DNA of 45,107 nucleotides, from the NCBI GenBank assembly GCA_002269645.1, contig NIVC01002052.1, positions 1 through 45,107 of the forward strand, read 5' to 3'. The position numbers and the translations under genes are program-made. How positions within the stretch are numbered: the stretch's first letter is position 1; the number at the start of each line of letters is the position of its first letter. A model generated the notes under the pieces. The model did no database searches. It was not told where the DNA came from and saw nothing but the letters and a program-made list of their open reading frames with translations. Positions 32,112 through 43,920 of this stretch are shown here, piece after piece. This DNA is from Macrostomum lignano (lineage: Eukaryota).

Positions 32112-32769
32112 CTCTGTTTCTGATAGCGATGAGCTCTGTCCCCCAATTTTGGTCGGGTCTACGTCTATGCTAGTTTATGAATTTAGTGTACTAGGACAAA
32201 AATGCAAAGCAGCTGCTAGTTCTTAGAGCCTGTACAAGTTCCTTAGAATTAAAATGCTTTGTTTTATACTTATAAGCCTATGCCAAGCCTCTGTATGCCA
32301 AGTTTCATTCGTCTATCATATATTTTATTACAGCAGCTCAAATTATTCACGTTAAAACGCTTGAATTTAATTATCTTAAAAAATTAAACAATTTTAATGA
32401 CTTTGATTTAATTTTAAACTCTTTCAAATAAATTATTCCTTTAGAAGTGTATGCCAACCTCAAACTAAATTTCCTATTCGGATTTTTTGATGGAAGCTTC
32501 CATTTCTGAAATCGTTTTAAGCAAGGACAACCGAAGGACCGAAAACCTCGTTTCCTGGAAATTTTTTAAAGGCAGGCTTTTCCGAAATTTAATAGGGCAC
32601 ATGTCTCCACTTTTGATGTTAGGCTTATTCTGCTGGCCCCTAAGCCTGCTGGCCCCACCACGTTTAATTGAAACGTTCCTACACTCATATACAATGACAT
32701 ATCATTTCCTACCAAGTGTATTTTATAACGAAGTGTTCCTTAGTGGTCCTTGTGGTTGCAGGCCTGCAT

Positions 32770-33320
32770 GCATGTCAATCCCAGCTGCTCGCAGTTGATA
32801 TCGGGGAAATGATGCTGCACTTTTGACGCAGGATCGTTCTCGTGGACAATTATTCGACTGGAATTCTACCAGACACAGACATGACCTGATCCTTGGGCGC
32901 CGATCAGGTTTGGTATTGGTTCCGAGTCCCGACTAACCCCCCATGCCAAAGCCACATGTTGCATGATGTAAGTGTAAACCCATCCTGGGGGTTGCGGTGT
33001 TAGGACAGGAATAGGGTGCATGCGGTGATGCGCTGATTCCTGTTCGCAGGCAAATTTCATGCGGAATCCATCGACCAAGATGATTGGGCAACTTTGCCGA
33101 GTTGATGAAGGCCGCGGTTAATGGTCATGGCAGAGAAATCGAAGTACTCTGCCATTCACGTGTCGCTGTGCTTCAATGAGCAAGCCAGATGCTGAAGATT
33201 GAGCTCAGGAGCGCGACCAGACCGCTCCTTGTCTTCAAAGCCTTCTTGAACGGCACGCAAACCCAGGCACGGCAGGCTTGCTCGCTCAGACAGTCCTCGC
33301 CAGGAGGTGTCGGCATGACA
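32770..33320 (-). mobile_element. Decayed mariner (Tc1/mariner) transposase fragment
   Basis: Across frameshifts and stops it reads FEDKERSGRAPEL, LHQLGKV..LGRWIPHE, NQRITACT, VM(L)CVW*NSS.II. These correspond to the mariner HTH, WVPHEL-linker and catalytic-domain motifs. No TIRs seen. Confidence 0.8.
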
Positions 33321-34614
33321 TTATGATAGTGGAAACATTAAAACAAAAATTCCTATGTTATTTTGAAAATTGGAATTGTTAATACTGAATTTTTGGCGCC
33401 TCAGGCACTCATTTTGTCGCGCCGAAGTAAAACTCTTAATTCCATAACGGGTCACAAGGTGGGGCGGGCGCAGGTGGGGGGAGGCAAAACATTGGCGCAT
33501 GTCGCTCCACAGGTTTTACTGGGAGGGACATGTCCCTGGATCCCTGTTCCCCTCCGGTGGCGACGCGCCCTGGTCTTTATACATGTAGCTTGCGATACTC
33601 CTCAGTGTGTCTCTAAGAAAAGAAAAGTAATAACAGAAAAGCAGAAAAGTACGCTCGTAGAGAGGCACCAGTAAGGAGACGTTTAAGCATGTTGGGCAGC
33701 TATGGTATCAGATACGTGAAGGTTGAGCAATTCCAATTGGATATATATCCAAGTTGACATCACTTTTATACAACCCACAAGGAGCATTCCAGAATTTCTC
33801 GAGGGAAGGCTTTAAAAGTTTTAAGAAAATAATTAAATATAGTATTAAACACATAGCCTTTATTTGCTGGTATGGTCAGGCATGCAGATGTTGGACCAAT
33901 AACTACAAAGTGGCTACTTACTTTTTGGCTATAGCTACATGTGTACATGTATGATCCTAATTTTCATATTACAACTACACCTGCGGAGAGAGTTCTTTTC
34001 CCTCGTTCTAAACGTGAGCCTCTGCACTTGCATGCCCCTACCTGGCTTGCATTTTGTACATGTGTACACATGTAACTGTGTTGAAGTCAGCCTGTTTAGA
34101 CAATGCCAATTTCTTTACAGAAAGAATTGGCACAATATCGATTTTCTATACTCCAGATGCATACTGTCAAAGCTTAGCGTACGAGCGTACATGTAATTAA
34201 TTTAAATGACTCAGAAGCGAATAATTGCCTTGCAAGAACCTGTAGAGATGACCTATGACCCTAAAGTAGCTGAATAGCTGATTGAGCAAAAATGAACGGA
34301 AAAAAGACAAGTAGCGACTCTCATCAATGTTAAGAATAGAGTCGAGGCTCTTATCAAAAATAATACTGCATACTTGCGCGAATTTACTTGGACCCAAATA
34401 GCAGCAGACAGCTGCGGCGAGTCCACAGTTCACAAGATTGCTTACAGTGCGGATGCTTGCCTATAGCACAGATAATGATAGTAGCATTTTAATGATAACA
34501 CCTTGAACTGTCAGGGTTGCAAGCGGCAAATTAATGTCTGCATGGGCCTGGAGCAAAAAAGCTATTTCTAATTTTTTATCGGAAGAAAGCCCTAAGCCAT
34601 AATTCGTACGCCAA

Positions 34615-35133
34615 GTGCTTCAGTGGACAGCCTGTCTCTATCTCCACGTGCTTCAGTGGACAGTCCATCTCTATCCCCATGTGCTTCAGTGGGCAGCCAG
34701 TCTCTATTCCCAGGTGCTTCAGTGGGCAGCCAGTCTCTATCCTGAGGTGCTTCAGTACGTGGGCAGCCAGTCTCTATCCCCAGGTGCTTCAGTGGACAGC
34801 CAGTCTATCCCCACGTGCTTCAGTGGACAGTCCATGTCTATCCCCAGGTGCTTCAGTGGACAGCCAGTCTCTATCCTGAGGTGCTTCAGTGGGCAGCCAG
34901 TCTCTGTCCCCAGGTGCTTCAGTGGACAGCCTGTCTCTATCCTGAGGTGCTTCAGTGGACAGCCTGTCTCTATCCCCAGGTGCTTCAGTGGACAGCCTGT
35001 CTCTATCCTGAGGTGCTTCAGTGGACAGCCTGTCTCTATCCCCAGGTGCTTCAGTGGACAGCCTGTCTCTATCCCCAGGTGCTTCAGTGGACAGCCTGTC
35101 TCTATCCCCAGGTGCTTCAGTGGACAGCCTGTC
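34615..35133. repeat. Minisatellite, 33-bp unit (ggtgcttcagtggacagcctgtctctatcccca), ~15 copies
   Basis: Read directly; 11-aa periodic ORFs. Confidence 0.96.
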
Positions 35134-35681
35134 TATTCCTTCTACCTCTGTGGATGTCAGTGGTGACTGGACAACAATTCAAATAATTTCGATTTAGTAT
35201 TATTATTAGAAATTGTGTGGAATAATTAAAAGTACCAAAAGAAATTAATAGTCTCAACAGCTACTGAGTCTCGGGCACCCAAATGCCCTTTTAATTCCGC
35301 GCTTCACTCCATTCCGCTGCAGCAGGGTGCCTATTAAATGTGTCTGTAGTCGGGCATGAGACCGCAGCTCAAACGCTTTACAATCTCTGTGCCGTTCGAT
35401 CTATTTTTCTCTCACAGTCGACCCAGAGAGCAATATTGCTAAATCTCATGCTCAACCGTTTAGACCGGTCTCTTTCTCTACCTCGCAGCCTGTTTCGGTC
35501 CTTACGGCTACATAGCGACAGAGCTTGTCCGATTGTGCAGCGCACGTACGCCGTTGCATTGCGTGCTGCAGTCTATAATGGCATACCTATATAGACAGAC
35601 AGGTATGTGAGATCTGCAGCCCCTGTTGTTATGAAGCCTCTGCGGGCGGAGGCCAATGCAATGCACTGTGAGTTTCAGCTA

Positions 35682-35682
<1 letters not shown>

Positions 35683-35722
<40 letters not shown>
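35683..35722. repeat. (GA)n microsatellite
   Basis: Read directly. Confidence 0.95.
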
Positions 35723-35725
<3 letters not shown>

Positions 35726-36796
35726 AATGAGGACTAAAGGATTGAATCAGTGCATATGGAGTCGTTGCAAAAGCTGGTCTTACCAGATAGCTGCGATTCA
35801 ATTGGCTGGATCTCGCTCACAGAGCGGTGCGTGTTGGACTCTCAGCTTGTTCACCCAACCAGCTGCATTCCCTCTTCACTGTCTGTTTCTCTGTCAGGAA
35901 GCACCGAGCTGCGTCATTGGCTAGCAGGGGCTGGAGCGAGGCGACGAGTATAGGGGTGGTAAGAAGACGCGTCACGTAGACTCGGATAAAAGTCCAGCTT
36001 GTGGCAGTGTTGAAGGACAGAGGCTGGGCATAGAAGTGAGAAATTTCGACCTAGGTTTTTCAGCTTGGAACGCGATTACCTGTAACTTCGGTGATTCGAG
36101 CGCAGACCGCAAGTGAAACAACACGATCGTACGTTGCTCGCTGAGGGGCCTGTGCTCAGCTGTGTTCAGCTACTGCGTTCTGTTGAGTAATTATTGCCAT
36201 ATCGCACAGCAACATTAGACGAAGTACACACTGCAAAATTCAGTAGCTGAGCCCTCTAAAAACGCCTATAGAAAAGGCAGCCATAAGGTGAGTTTCATTA
36301 GTCTGGAACCTGTTATCTCTCCGAAAACAGCTTTTGAAGTAGACGATTAGACAAGCGAAAAAACTTCCAATGGCCTCACAGACTTCAACCGAGCCTCATT
36401 TTATTAAATGGCTGTGTGGGAGTAATAATATTCCAGTTTGAAAGACTTCTAATATACGAGACGCAACGAACAATCAAATGTTTAAGAAAAATGCGCAAAT
36501 TTTATTAAGAAAGTTAGAATGTACATAAAACTTTTGACAGGATATTTAAACCCAGGACCGCTTGAAGTGGATAGACAGGACTCTTTGTTTCTTAGAAATG
36601 TTCGAATGTCACATTTTCCGAGAAATGTAAGAATGTATCAGATATGTTATACGAGATAAGCACTTAATGTTTTAGTATGAATTCTGGGACCGTGTTCCAG
36701 AACAGTTTGACTTCAAGTGCAGGCTAACCCAAAGTCAGGCTGGATTCTTTCCCTTGCTCAGATTCGGATGCAACCAGGCGCCGGCGTCCTAGCGCG

Positions 36797-39130
36797 ATGT
36801 TGCACCAGTCTGTTGCCGAGCCGACGGAGAGCGAGGCGCGCCGCATAATTGTCCGATTCCAGACGGAGGGCGCCGGCGTGCCGGACATTGTCCGCGAGGT
36901 CTGCGAGGATCGCAACTGGGTGGAGTTCGACCCGAGCGAGCACGGGCCCAACGACTGGAATCTCTGGTGGAAGATCGGCCGCTTCCGCGCCTCGGACTTC
37001 GAGAAGCTGCAGAGCTGGCAGCGGCTGAATCATCACCAGATGGGGAGCACCTCGCTGATCACCACGAAGGATGGCCTCCATCGAGAGATGAAAATCCTGC
37101 AGGGCACCTTTGGCAAAGCGACCATAGACTTTGTGCCCAGCACGTACCTGATGCCCCGGGAAGAGCGACAATTTCAGCAGAAGTTCGCGGAGAATCGCGA
37201 GAAGAAAGCCGCTAACTATTGGATATTTAAGCCGGCTGACCTCAGCCGCGGCCGAGGCATCTTCGTGTTTAACGACATCGGCGAGCTGCGATACAGCGAA
37301 AAGTCAGTCGTACAGGAGTACATTGTCAACCCGTACCTCATCGGCGGGTACAAGTTCGACCTCCGACTCTACGCAGTCGTGGTCTCATTCAAGCCTTTGA
37401 TAGTCTACATCTGCAGAGAGGGTCTGGTCCGCTTCGGTACAGAGAAGTACGACCTAAAGAACCTGTGTAACGTGTACAGCCACATCACCAATACCAGTAT
37501 CAATGTCAGCGGACCGTCCTACGATTCCGCCAAGATGGGCATCGGCGAGGGCTGCAAATGGAGTCTCAGCAATCTAAGAAACTATCTGTACAGTCAAGGT
37601 GTTAATGACCGTCTGATATTTGCGCGCGTCACGGCTATCATTGTGCTCGCACTGATGGCCCAGGCGAAATCGGCCACCGTATCCACTGGCAACTGCTACG
37701 AGCTGTACGGCTTTGACATCTTGCTGGATGCGGCGCTGAAACCCTGGCTGTTGGAAGTAAACTTCAGTCCGGCTCTAAATATCGACTGTTCAGCGGACGC
37801 TCAGGTGAAGCGCGAGATGCTTAACGGCGTGTTCGACCTGCTGTGCTTCACTGAATCCGACAAACTGCAGAGCCGTGGCGGCCGGCAGGCGGCCGGCAAG
37901 GAGAAGCGGCTCAGCCTGCAAAGCGTGGACAGCGGCATCGCCAGCGGCAACAGCTCGGCAAAGTCACTGCGCAGACAGCGGTCGGGCGGCAACCTGTCAC
38001 GGGGCGTCACCCGCACGGACAGCCTGCGGGCCAGCGAGTCCCGCTGCAGTCTTCTTGAGTCCATTGAGGAATTGACGCAGGCCCCATCGGAGTCATCGCA
38101 GGCCTCGATTCCGGGTCTCAGCCGTAACGCGTCCTCCTACGGCGGCTTCGAGGAATTTCTACGGAGTCGGCAGAAATCAGCGCGCCAAAAGCAGCTGTCG
38201 GAGCAGCAGCTGCACCAACAAATGCAGCGCCTGTCCCGGTCGATTCCGAACTTGCCATCGATTCTAACCCCAGCGTCGCCAGATGAGGGTGAAAGTTCCA
38301 GCAGCGTCGCGCCGGATTCCACTGTCGACGAGACGGAAGACCAGCAGCAGCAACAACAGCAGCAGAAGCAGCAGCAGCTTGTTAGGCGAAAGAGTCTCGG
38401 CCAGCCGGTCCGCATCAACAGAGCCGCCCTGCTGCGTAGCCAGCAGAACCAGCAGCGTCTCAGTTCGCTCACTCCGTCGCTACCGCCGGGGGCGGCATCG
38501 AAGCCGCCTCTGGCCTCATTTAAGCGGCCGCCTCTGGCCAAGGAGTCCCGGCTGCGCCTCCTGGCTGAGCGGGATCCGCACGCGCTGCGCGAGCCGGCCG
38601 ACACGGAGTCGGAGACGGCCGAATCGGAGGCGGATTCGGACTCGGTCAAGGCGACCAGGAGGGTGGGGGCTCAGCGCGGCTTTGGTGGCAGCGGACCCCG
38701 CCGAGTCCCTCAGAGTGCAAGGCGCTTGCGCAGCAGCGGCCGAATCGGCAGCAGCAGCAACAATCATCGGCAAAAGCAGCAAGAGCAGGAGCAGGACGTG
38801 CAGGAGGCTTTGGACACTGGCGAGCAGGAGCGACTTCGTCAAGAAGCTGAGTGGAAGGCGCGGAGCAGTCCCTACGGAGACCTGCCAATCACGCGGCACT
38901 GGAAGCGACCGCCGAAGCAGTTCGGCGCCTTCCGCTTGGCTTTCCCGTTCAACCGAGCCACCGAGAGCGCCTGTCGGGACGTCAAGGCGTCCGAACGGTT
39001 CGTTGTGAAGGAAGTGCAGCGGCTGCTCAAGCACAGACAGCGCGAGTTGGACGAGGGCCGCATCATCGAGTCGGCGGCAGTGTGCGACGCTGAGGAGATC
39101 TGGCCGCCAGTGCGCGGGTCTTTCGTCTGA
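36797..39130 (+). CDS. TTLL2: Probable tubulin polyglutamylase TTLL2 (777 aa, single coding exon)
   Basis: TTL domain with WIFKPADLSRGRGIF, VVQEYI.NP.LIGGYKFDLRLY, EGLVRFGTEKYDL.NL.N.YSHITN.SIN, GEGCKWSLS, ELYGFDILLD..LKPWLLEVNFSPAL; TTLL2-type C-terminal GAFRLAFPFN...VKEVQRL. Confidence 0.9.
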   Translation: MLHQSVAEPTESEARRIIVRFQTEGAGVPDIVREVCEDRNWVEFDPSEHGPNDWNLWWKIGRFRASDFEKLQSWQRLNHHQMGSTSLITTKDGLHREMKILQGTFGKATIDFVPSTYLMPREERQFQQKFAENREKKAANYWIFKPADLSRGRGIFVFNDIGELRYSEKSVVQEYIVNPYLIGGYKFDLRLYAVVVSFKPLIVYICREGLVRFGTEKYDLKNLCNVYSHITNTSINVSGPSYDSAKMGIGEGCKWSLSNLRNYLYSQGVNDRLIFARVTAIIVLALMAQAKSATVSTGNCYELYGFDILLDAALKPWLLEVNFSPALNIDCSADAQVKREMLNGVFDLLCFTESDKLQSRGGRQAAGKEKRLSLQSVDSGIASGNSSAKSLRRQRSGGNLSRGVTRTDSLRASESRCSLLESIEELTQAPSESSQASIPGLSRNASSYGGFEEFLRSRQKSARQKQLSEQQLHQQMQRLSRSIPNLPSILTPASPDEGESSSSVAPDSTVDETEDQQQQQQQQKQQQLVRRKSLGQPVRINRAALLRSQQNQQRLSSLTPSLPPGAASKPPLASFKRPPLAKESRLRLLAERDPHALREPADTESETAESEADSDSVKATRRVGAQRGFGGSGPRRVPQSARRLRSSGRIGSSSNNHRQKQQEQEQDVQEALDTGEQERLRQEAEWKARSSPYGDLPITRHWKRPPKQFGAFRLAFPFNRATESACRDVKASERFVVKEVQRLLKHRQRELDEGRIIESAAVCDAEEIWPPVRGSFV

Positions 39131-41100
39131 GCACGAAATTGGACTGCTGTTTTTCACTTTATAAGTACTTTTTGCCCACTCAGTAGCCAGGTGCGTTACA
39201 GTATAGTTATTTTATTTTGCTAATCCGCTGCACCCAGTGTAGCAATGTTATATCAATAGTAGCTGTACTTTAGGCTAAGAGTGCACGCTTTAGTCGCAAT
39301 GATTCCTGCGAGTACAATGTAGTGTCTTACTATGTTACATAGTAATATGAATAGCGATGCCTACCGCTTTTTTGTGGGTGAACTGCTCTTTTTCAAAAAT
39401 TAAGCAGATTGAGAAGCGGGAATGGATGCATCGATCTGGATTTTTTGTGCGAGAATTAATGCATTAAGATTGAGGCAAGAACAGGGTAAAAAAGAAGATG
39501 AAGTCGGTGTAGAGGCCCGGAAGTCGGAGACTGAGTAGGCATCGACTAAGGACATCGAAAGCTAAAAGATGCATACTTTAATACATTTTCTTGCACTTAA
39601 GCCTTGTATACTTGAACAGACTTTTTGCGAAAGAATACTTGAAATGAAAAAATCCGTTCTTCCATGTGTTGCATAAAAACTGGTTCGTTTCTGCGTGTTT
39701 TGCATTTCTATTGCTTCTACGCTGACAGAAGACGGCTATAATTGCCTGATTATTTTCCGCTGTTCCTGTGCTTTCTGCAGAATTCCTCAAGGCTACAGAA
39801 GCCGTACTTATTCAGATATGAAATTAGTGTATCCCGGATCCCCAACTATTTTTGCACTTTTTTCACTGAGGCTCTTTAATAAACTTTGCAAAGCCACGTC
39901 GCTTGCACGCTTCTCCGGAATGAAGCGACCGATCTTCCTGGTCAGAACAGTGCTCAATGACCAGACGAAATTCCTTTTCAGCTTTAACTCTTGGTCATAA
40001 TTTAAGGTTTTTAGCTCGCATAGTAACGCCTAGCGTTCCATAACACCCAGCATCTGTGCATCTCGGATGATGAATGAACCGCTTCAAATTGAAATTCAAC
40101 CCCGCATGCAGCACTTCAAGTGTGTCTAAGCAAAAAATTGAGTCTTTATATTCTGAAGATACTATAGAGAATGAGAGAATAGAGAAAAGCCACCATACCA
40201 AGCCCCAATGCGGGTGCTTAAGGTTGCTGGAGTTCAATGGTCTTAAGCTACATGCCTGAGGACTTTTTGTGCGCGTGGAGGCGTCAAAGAGGTAGGACGC
40301 ATAGCATGGGAACAGCTGAGCTCTTTCTCACTGCTCCATGCAGCCCTATTTCGCATTCCCTGCAGTCAGTTTTGAGCAAGTGTAAGAAAGGCTACTTTTA
40401 ATGTTATAGAAAATTTCCCACCCGACGCAGTAGATTGACAGCTAAAAAAAGACTCAATCGAGCAATGCCTGCTTTTAGCTGCTAATTTTCAGCCTTTTTG
40501 TCTGCATGGAGCTGAACAGTCTTTTAATTTCTGTTTCAAGCTCTGGCAGAGCAGCCAAAGTAGGCATAACAAGGGCATTTATAGTTCAATCGGGAATAGG
40601 CAGGCAGGCAGTCTATTCACGCGGGTCGCTTGTGACTCGCGTCTGGCAGCAATTCAGAACTCACTAGAAGAGTGATGCTAGCGGGCAAAAAGTGCTGCAG
40701 CACTGCGAGACCTGCCCAAGTGGCGGCTGGGCTCGACTAAGCCAGTAGTGCCTAGTGCAACCAGTCACAATTGACACGTAAGCTTTATCTTTTGCTCCTA
40801 CATCATCGCCTTTTTTGTTGTCTCTGGAGCTTCGAGTCTGCGCTCTTGACGTCACCCTCGCATACTTATTTGTCTCTCCCCTCTCAGACAGGCCTCACGC
40901 GGGGTTTGCGATTTTGCAGTAGCTATTCGAGCTTTAGCTGCCGAATCTAATTAATAAAACAAATTAGCCTTACTGTAACGCAGCGGGTCGCGTGCTGGGT
41001 CGAAAATTTACGAAACTGAAGGTACTGCTAATTCACACCTATAGTAAACAGGTATGTGGACGGGTCTCGACTGCAGAATAGAGACGCGATACTGCTATGA

Positions 41101-41405
41101 TAACTGATAATGCTAATTGCTAATGTCATAGACTAACTGATAATGCTAATTGCTAATGCTATAGACTAACTGATAATGCTAATTGCTAATGCCATAGACT
41201 AACTGATAATGCTAATTGCTAATGCCATAGACTAACTGATAATGCTAATTGCTAATGTCATAGACTAACTGATAATGCTAATTGCTAATGCCATAGACTA
41301 ACTGATAATGCTAATTGCTAATGTCATAGACTAACTGATAATGCTAATTGCTAATGCCATAGACTAACTGATAATGCTAATTGCTAATGCCATAGACTAA
41401 CTGAT
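41101..41405. repeat. Minisatellite, 33-bp unit (actaactgataatgctaattgctaatgccatag), ~9 copies
   Basis: Read directly. Confidence 0.96.
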
Positions 41406-42072
41406 AGACCAACATGGACTATCACTAAGAGCCATATTGCTCTTAAATTTTCAAACAATGCCTAGGAAATTTACTATTTTAGGATAAAAAGGGAAAAATT
41501 ACCCGACTAGAATTAAAAACGAAATTTTCTGCTATTGTCTTATCGCACAATACACCTGCAGCTTCTACTATTGATGCTATACGTTTCCGTTGACTATATT
41601 TCTACCTTTTGTTAGGCTGTTTGCTTTTAAGGACGTTCCTTGCATGATGAGGCATACAGCCAGCCCGACAGAGTCTCATTGCTGCTACCTCGATAGATTG
41701 GCTTCCTTTAGAGGGGGGGGGGAGGGTGCTCGGATTATGAGTGCACGATCTAAATCAACTACTCTTTACTTCATTCAAATTGGTGCGCGGCCGTCAGCGT
41801 GGCAGCGTGGCCAGCGTGGCAAATATTTTATACAGGCACACCATAGAAAGCCATAGACAACAGAAATAAATCTGGTTTTAACTGCCAGCAATTTGGGCAA
41901 TTTGAGTATAATGTTCGTGAAATAAACCGAATTGATAGAAAAAAAGAAATTGCATGGTGATTTCAGTTCTTAGTCTAATGGTGAATATGAATTCTGCAAC
42001 GCAAAAAATTCGACACAGTAAAAGGTATAGTTTCCTAGCGTTGAAACTTAAGCTAGCTATTATTCTACTTAC

Positions 42073-43920
42073 GAATATTGGACGTTTGAAGGCCGAATGT
42101 ACGAGCGTAGAGAAATGTCCATGGTCTCTTGGTGTCATCTGTTGAACGTCCAGAAGCTCCGCCTGGGTGAAGGCCAGTGACCAACGAAGTTAGAGCTGAT
42201 GCAGACGCATGTGGTCGTCGTGCTGATGAAAGTTGGAGGTTTGGCAAGGCTGCACTGAGGCGCAGTGCTGTCGACCTTCTGGCAGAATCATTGAATATCT
42301 CGACGTTCCAGAGGGCTGGCGACTTGATTATTGATTAAGAAAGTTTGCAGCAAAAAGTTGTGAATTCCGTGTGCCTGCGTTGCTACGTTCCGGCGCAGCA
42401 AAGTTTTTGTTGGGTCAAATTCTAATCCTTACAAACTCTTGCTTTGAATACAGTAGTGAAGGTGTGCCAAGCTATAGTCGTAGTTAAAATTAATAATTGG
42501 TACAGCTGCAGAGCAAGTAAGGAATAAGCATTATGCAAACAGTCTGGCTCTGTTTTCTCAGCCAAAATTGGAGGGAAAGTAAAGCCTGCCAAAGTTGAAC
42601 CAACGCCGGCAATGGAAGCATGGAAGCTGTCTCAGCTGATGGAGCAGACAGACTCCTTTATGCGGCTGCTAAGCACAAATCATGTCGCTATGTAAGCTTG
42701 GGAAGGGGCCGCCTCCTTCCTTCCTGTCGTGCTTGCAAAGAGAAATTGAATTCAAAACAGACAGCACCGGCTTAAATAATTCAAAACTAACTGGTGCTGG
42801 CTGCAACAGGCTCCAGGGGTAGAACTTTACAATTTTTCCTCTCTGAAAATCTGATAGACCAGCGTGAAAGTCAACCAAATCAGAAGACTCCTTAGAGACA
42901 CAGAGACTCCTCAATGTCGTTCGAGTGTTCTGTTTGACAGCCAGTTTTAAGTTCGAGACAAGGACAGAAACTTCTCCCTGGTTCAAGAGAACTCATTTCT
43001 GCAACAGTAGCTAACTCTGCAACAGTAGCTAACTCTGCAACAGTAGCTAACTCTGCAACAGTAGCTAACTCTGCAACAGTAGCTAACTCTGCAACAGTAG
43101 CTAACTCTGCAACAGTAGCTAACTCTGCAACAGTAGCTAACTCTGCAACAGTAGCTAACTCTGCAACAGTAGCTAACTCTGCAACAGTAGCTAACTCTGC
43201 AACAGTAGCTAACTCTGCAACAGTAGCTAACTCTGCAACAGTAGCTAACTCTGCAACAGTAGCTAACTCTGCAACAGTAGCTTACTCTTAACCTTGCAAC
43301 AGTAGCTAACTCTGCAACAGTAGCTTACTCTTAACCTTGCAACAGTAGCTAACTCTGCAACAGTAGCTAACTCTGCAACAGTAGCTTACTCTACAACAGT
43401 AGCTAACTCTGCAACAGTAGCTAACTCTACAACAGTAGCTAACTCTGCAACAGTAGCTAACTCTGCAACAGTAGCTTACTCTACAACAGTAGCTAACTCT
43501 GCAACAGTAGCTAACTCTACAACAGTAGCTAACTCTGCAACAGTAGCTAACTCTGCAACAGTAGCTAACTCTGCAACAGTAGCTTACTCTGCAACAGTAG
43601 CTAACTCTGCAACAGTAGCTAACTCTGCAACAGTAGCTAACTCTGCAACAGTAGCTAACTCTGCAACAGTAGCTAACTCTGCAACAGTAGCTAACTCTGC
43701 AACAGTAGCTAACTCTGCAACAGTAGTAGCTACTAACTCAATAGCTAACTCTTATCTCTGCAACAGTAGCTTACTCTTAACCTTGCAACAGTAGTTAACT
43801 CTCAACTCTGCGACTCTGCAAGACAGTCCATCTGTCGGCCCAAGCGACTTGTTGCGCCATCGGCGACTCCAGCTGGAAAACAACATAATTTGGTGCAGGA
43901 AGGTGCCCGGAATCCGCGCC
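42073..43920 (-). CDS. Unidentified protein, partial; putative exons 43920-43807, 42977-42792, 42322-42073
   Basis: Three stop-free segments with AG/GT boundaries and continuous phase 0: GADSGHLPAPNYVVFQLESPMAQQVAWADRWTVLQSRR|GEVSVLVSNLKLAVKQ...KFYPWSLLQPAP|SPALWNVEIF...PWTFLYARTFGLQ. Family not recognised. Confidence 0.45.
42998..43800. repeat. Minisatellite, 18-bp unit (ctctgcaacagtagctaa), ~44 copies with occasional longer variants
   Basis: Read directly; it fills the putative intron 43806-42978. Confidence 0.98.

Noticed and set aside
38137-39157. Antisense and alternative-frame ORFs of 170-241 aa over TTLL2 (likewise over KCMF1 and RALBP1)
   Set aside because: Shadow ORFs expected from GC-rich, stop-poor coding sequence.
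39500-40900. Several 60-100 aa ORFs downstream of TTLL2
   Set aside because: I could not join them into a phase-consistent model or recognise a motif; left unannotated.
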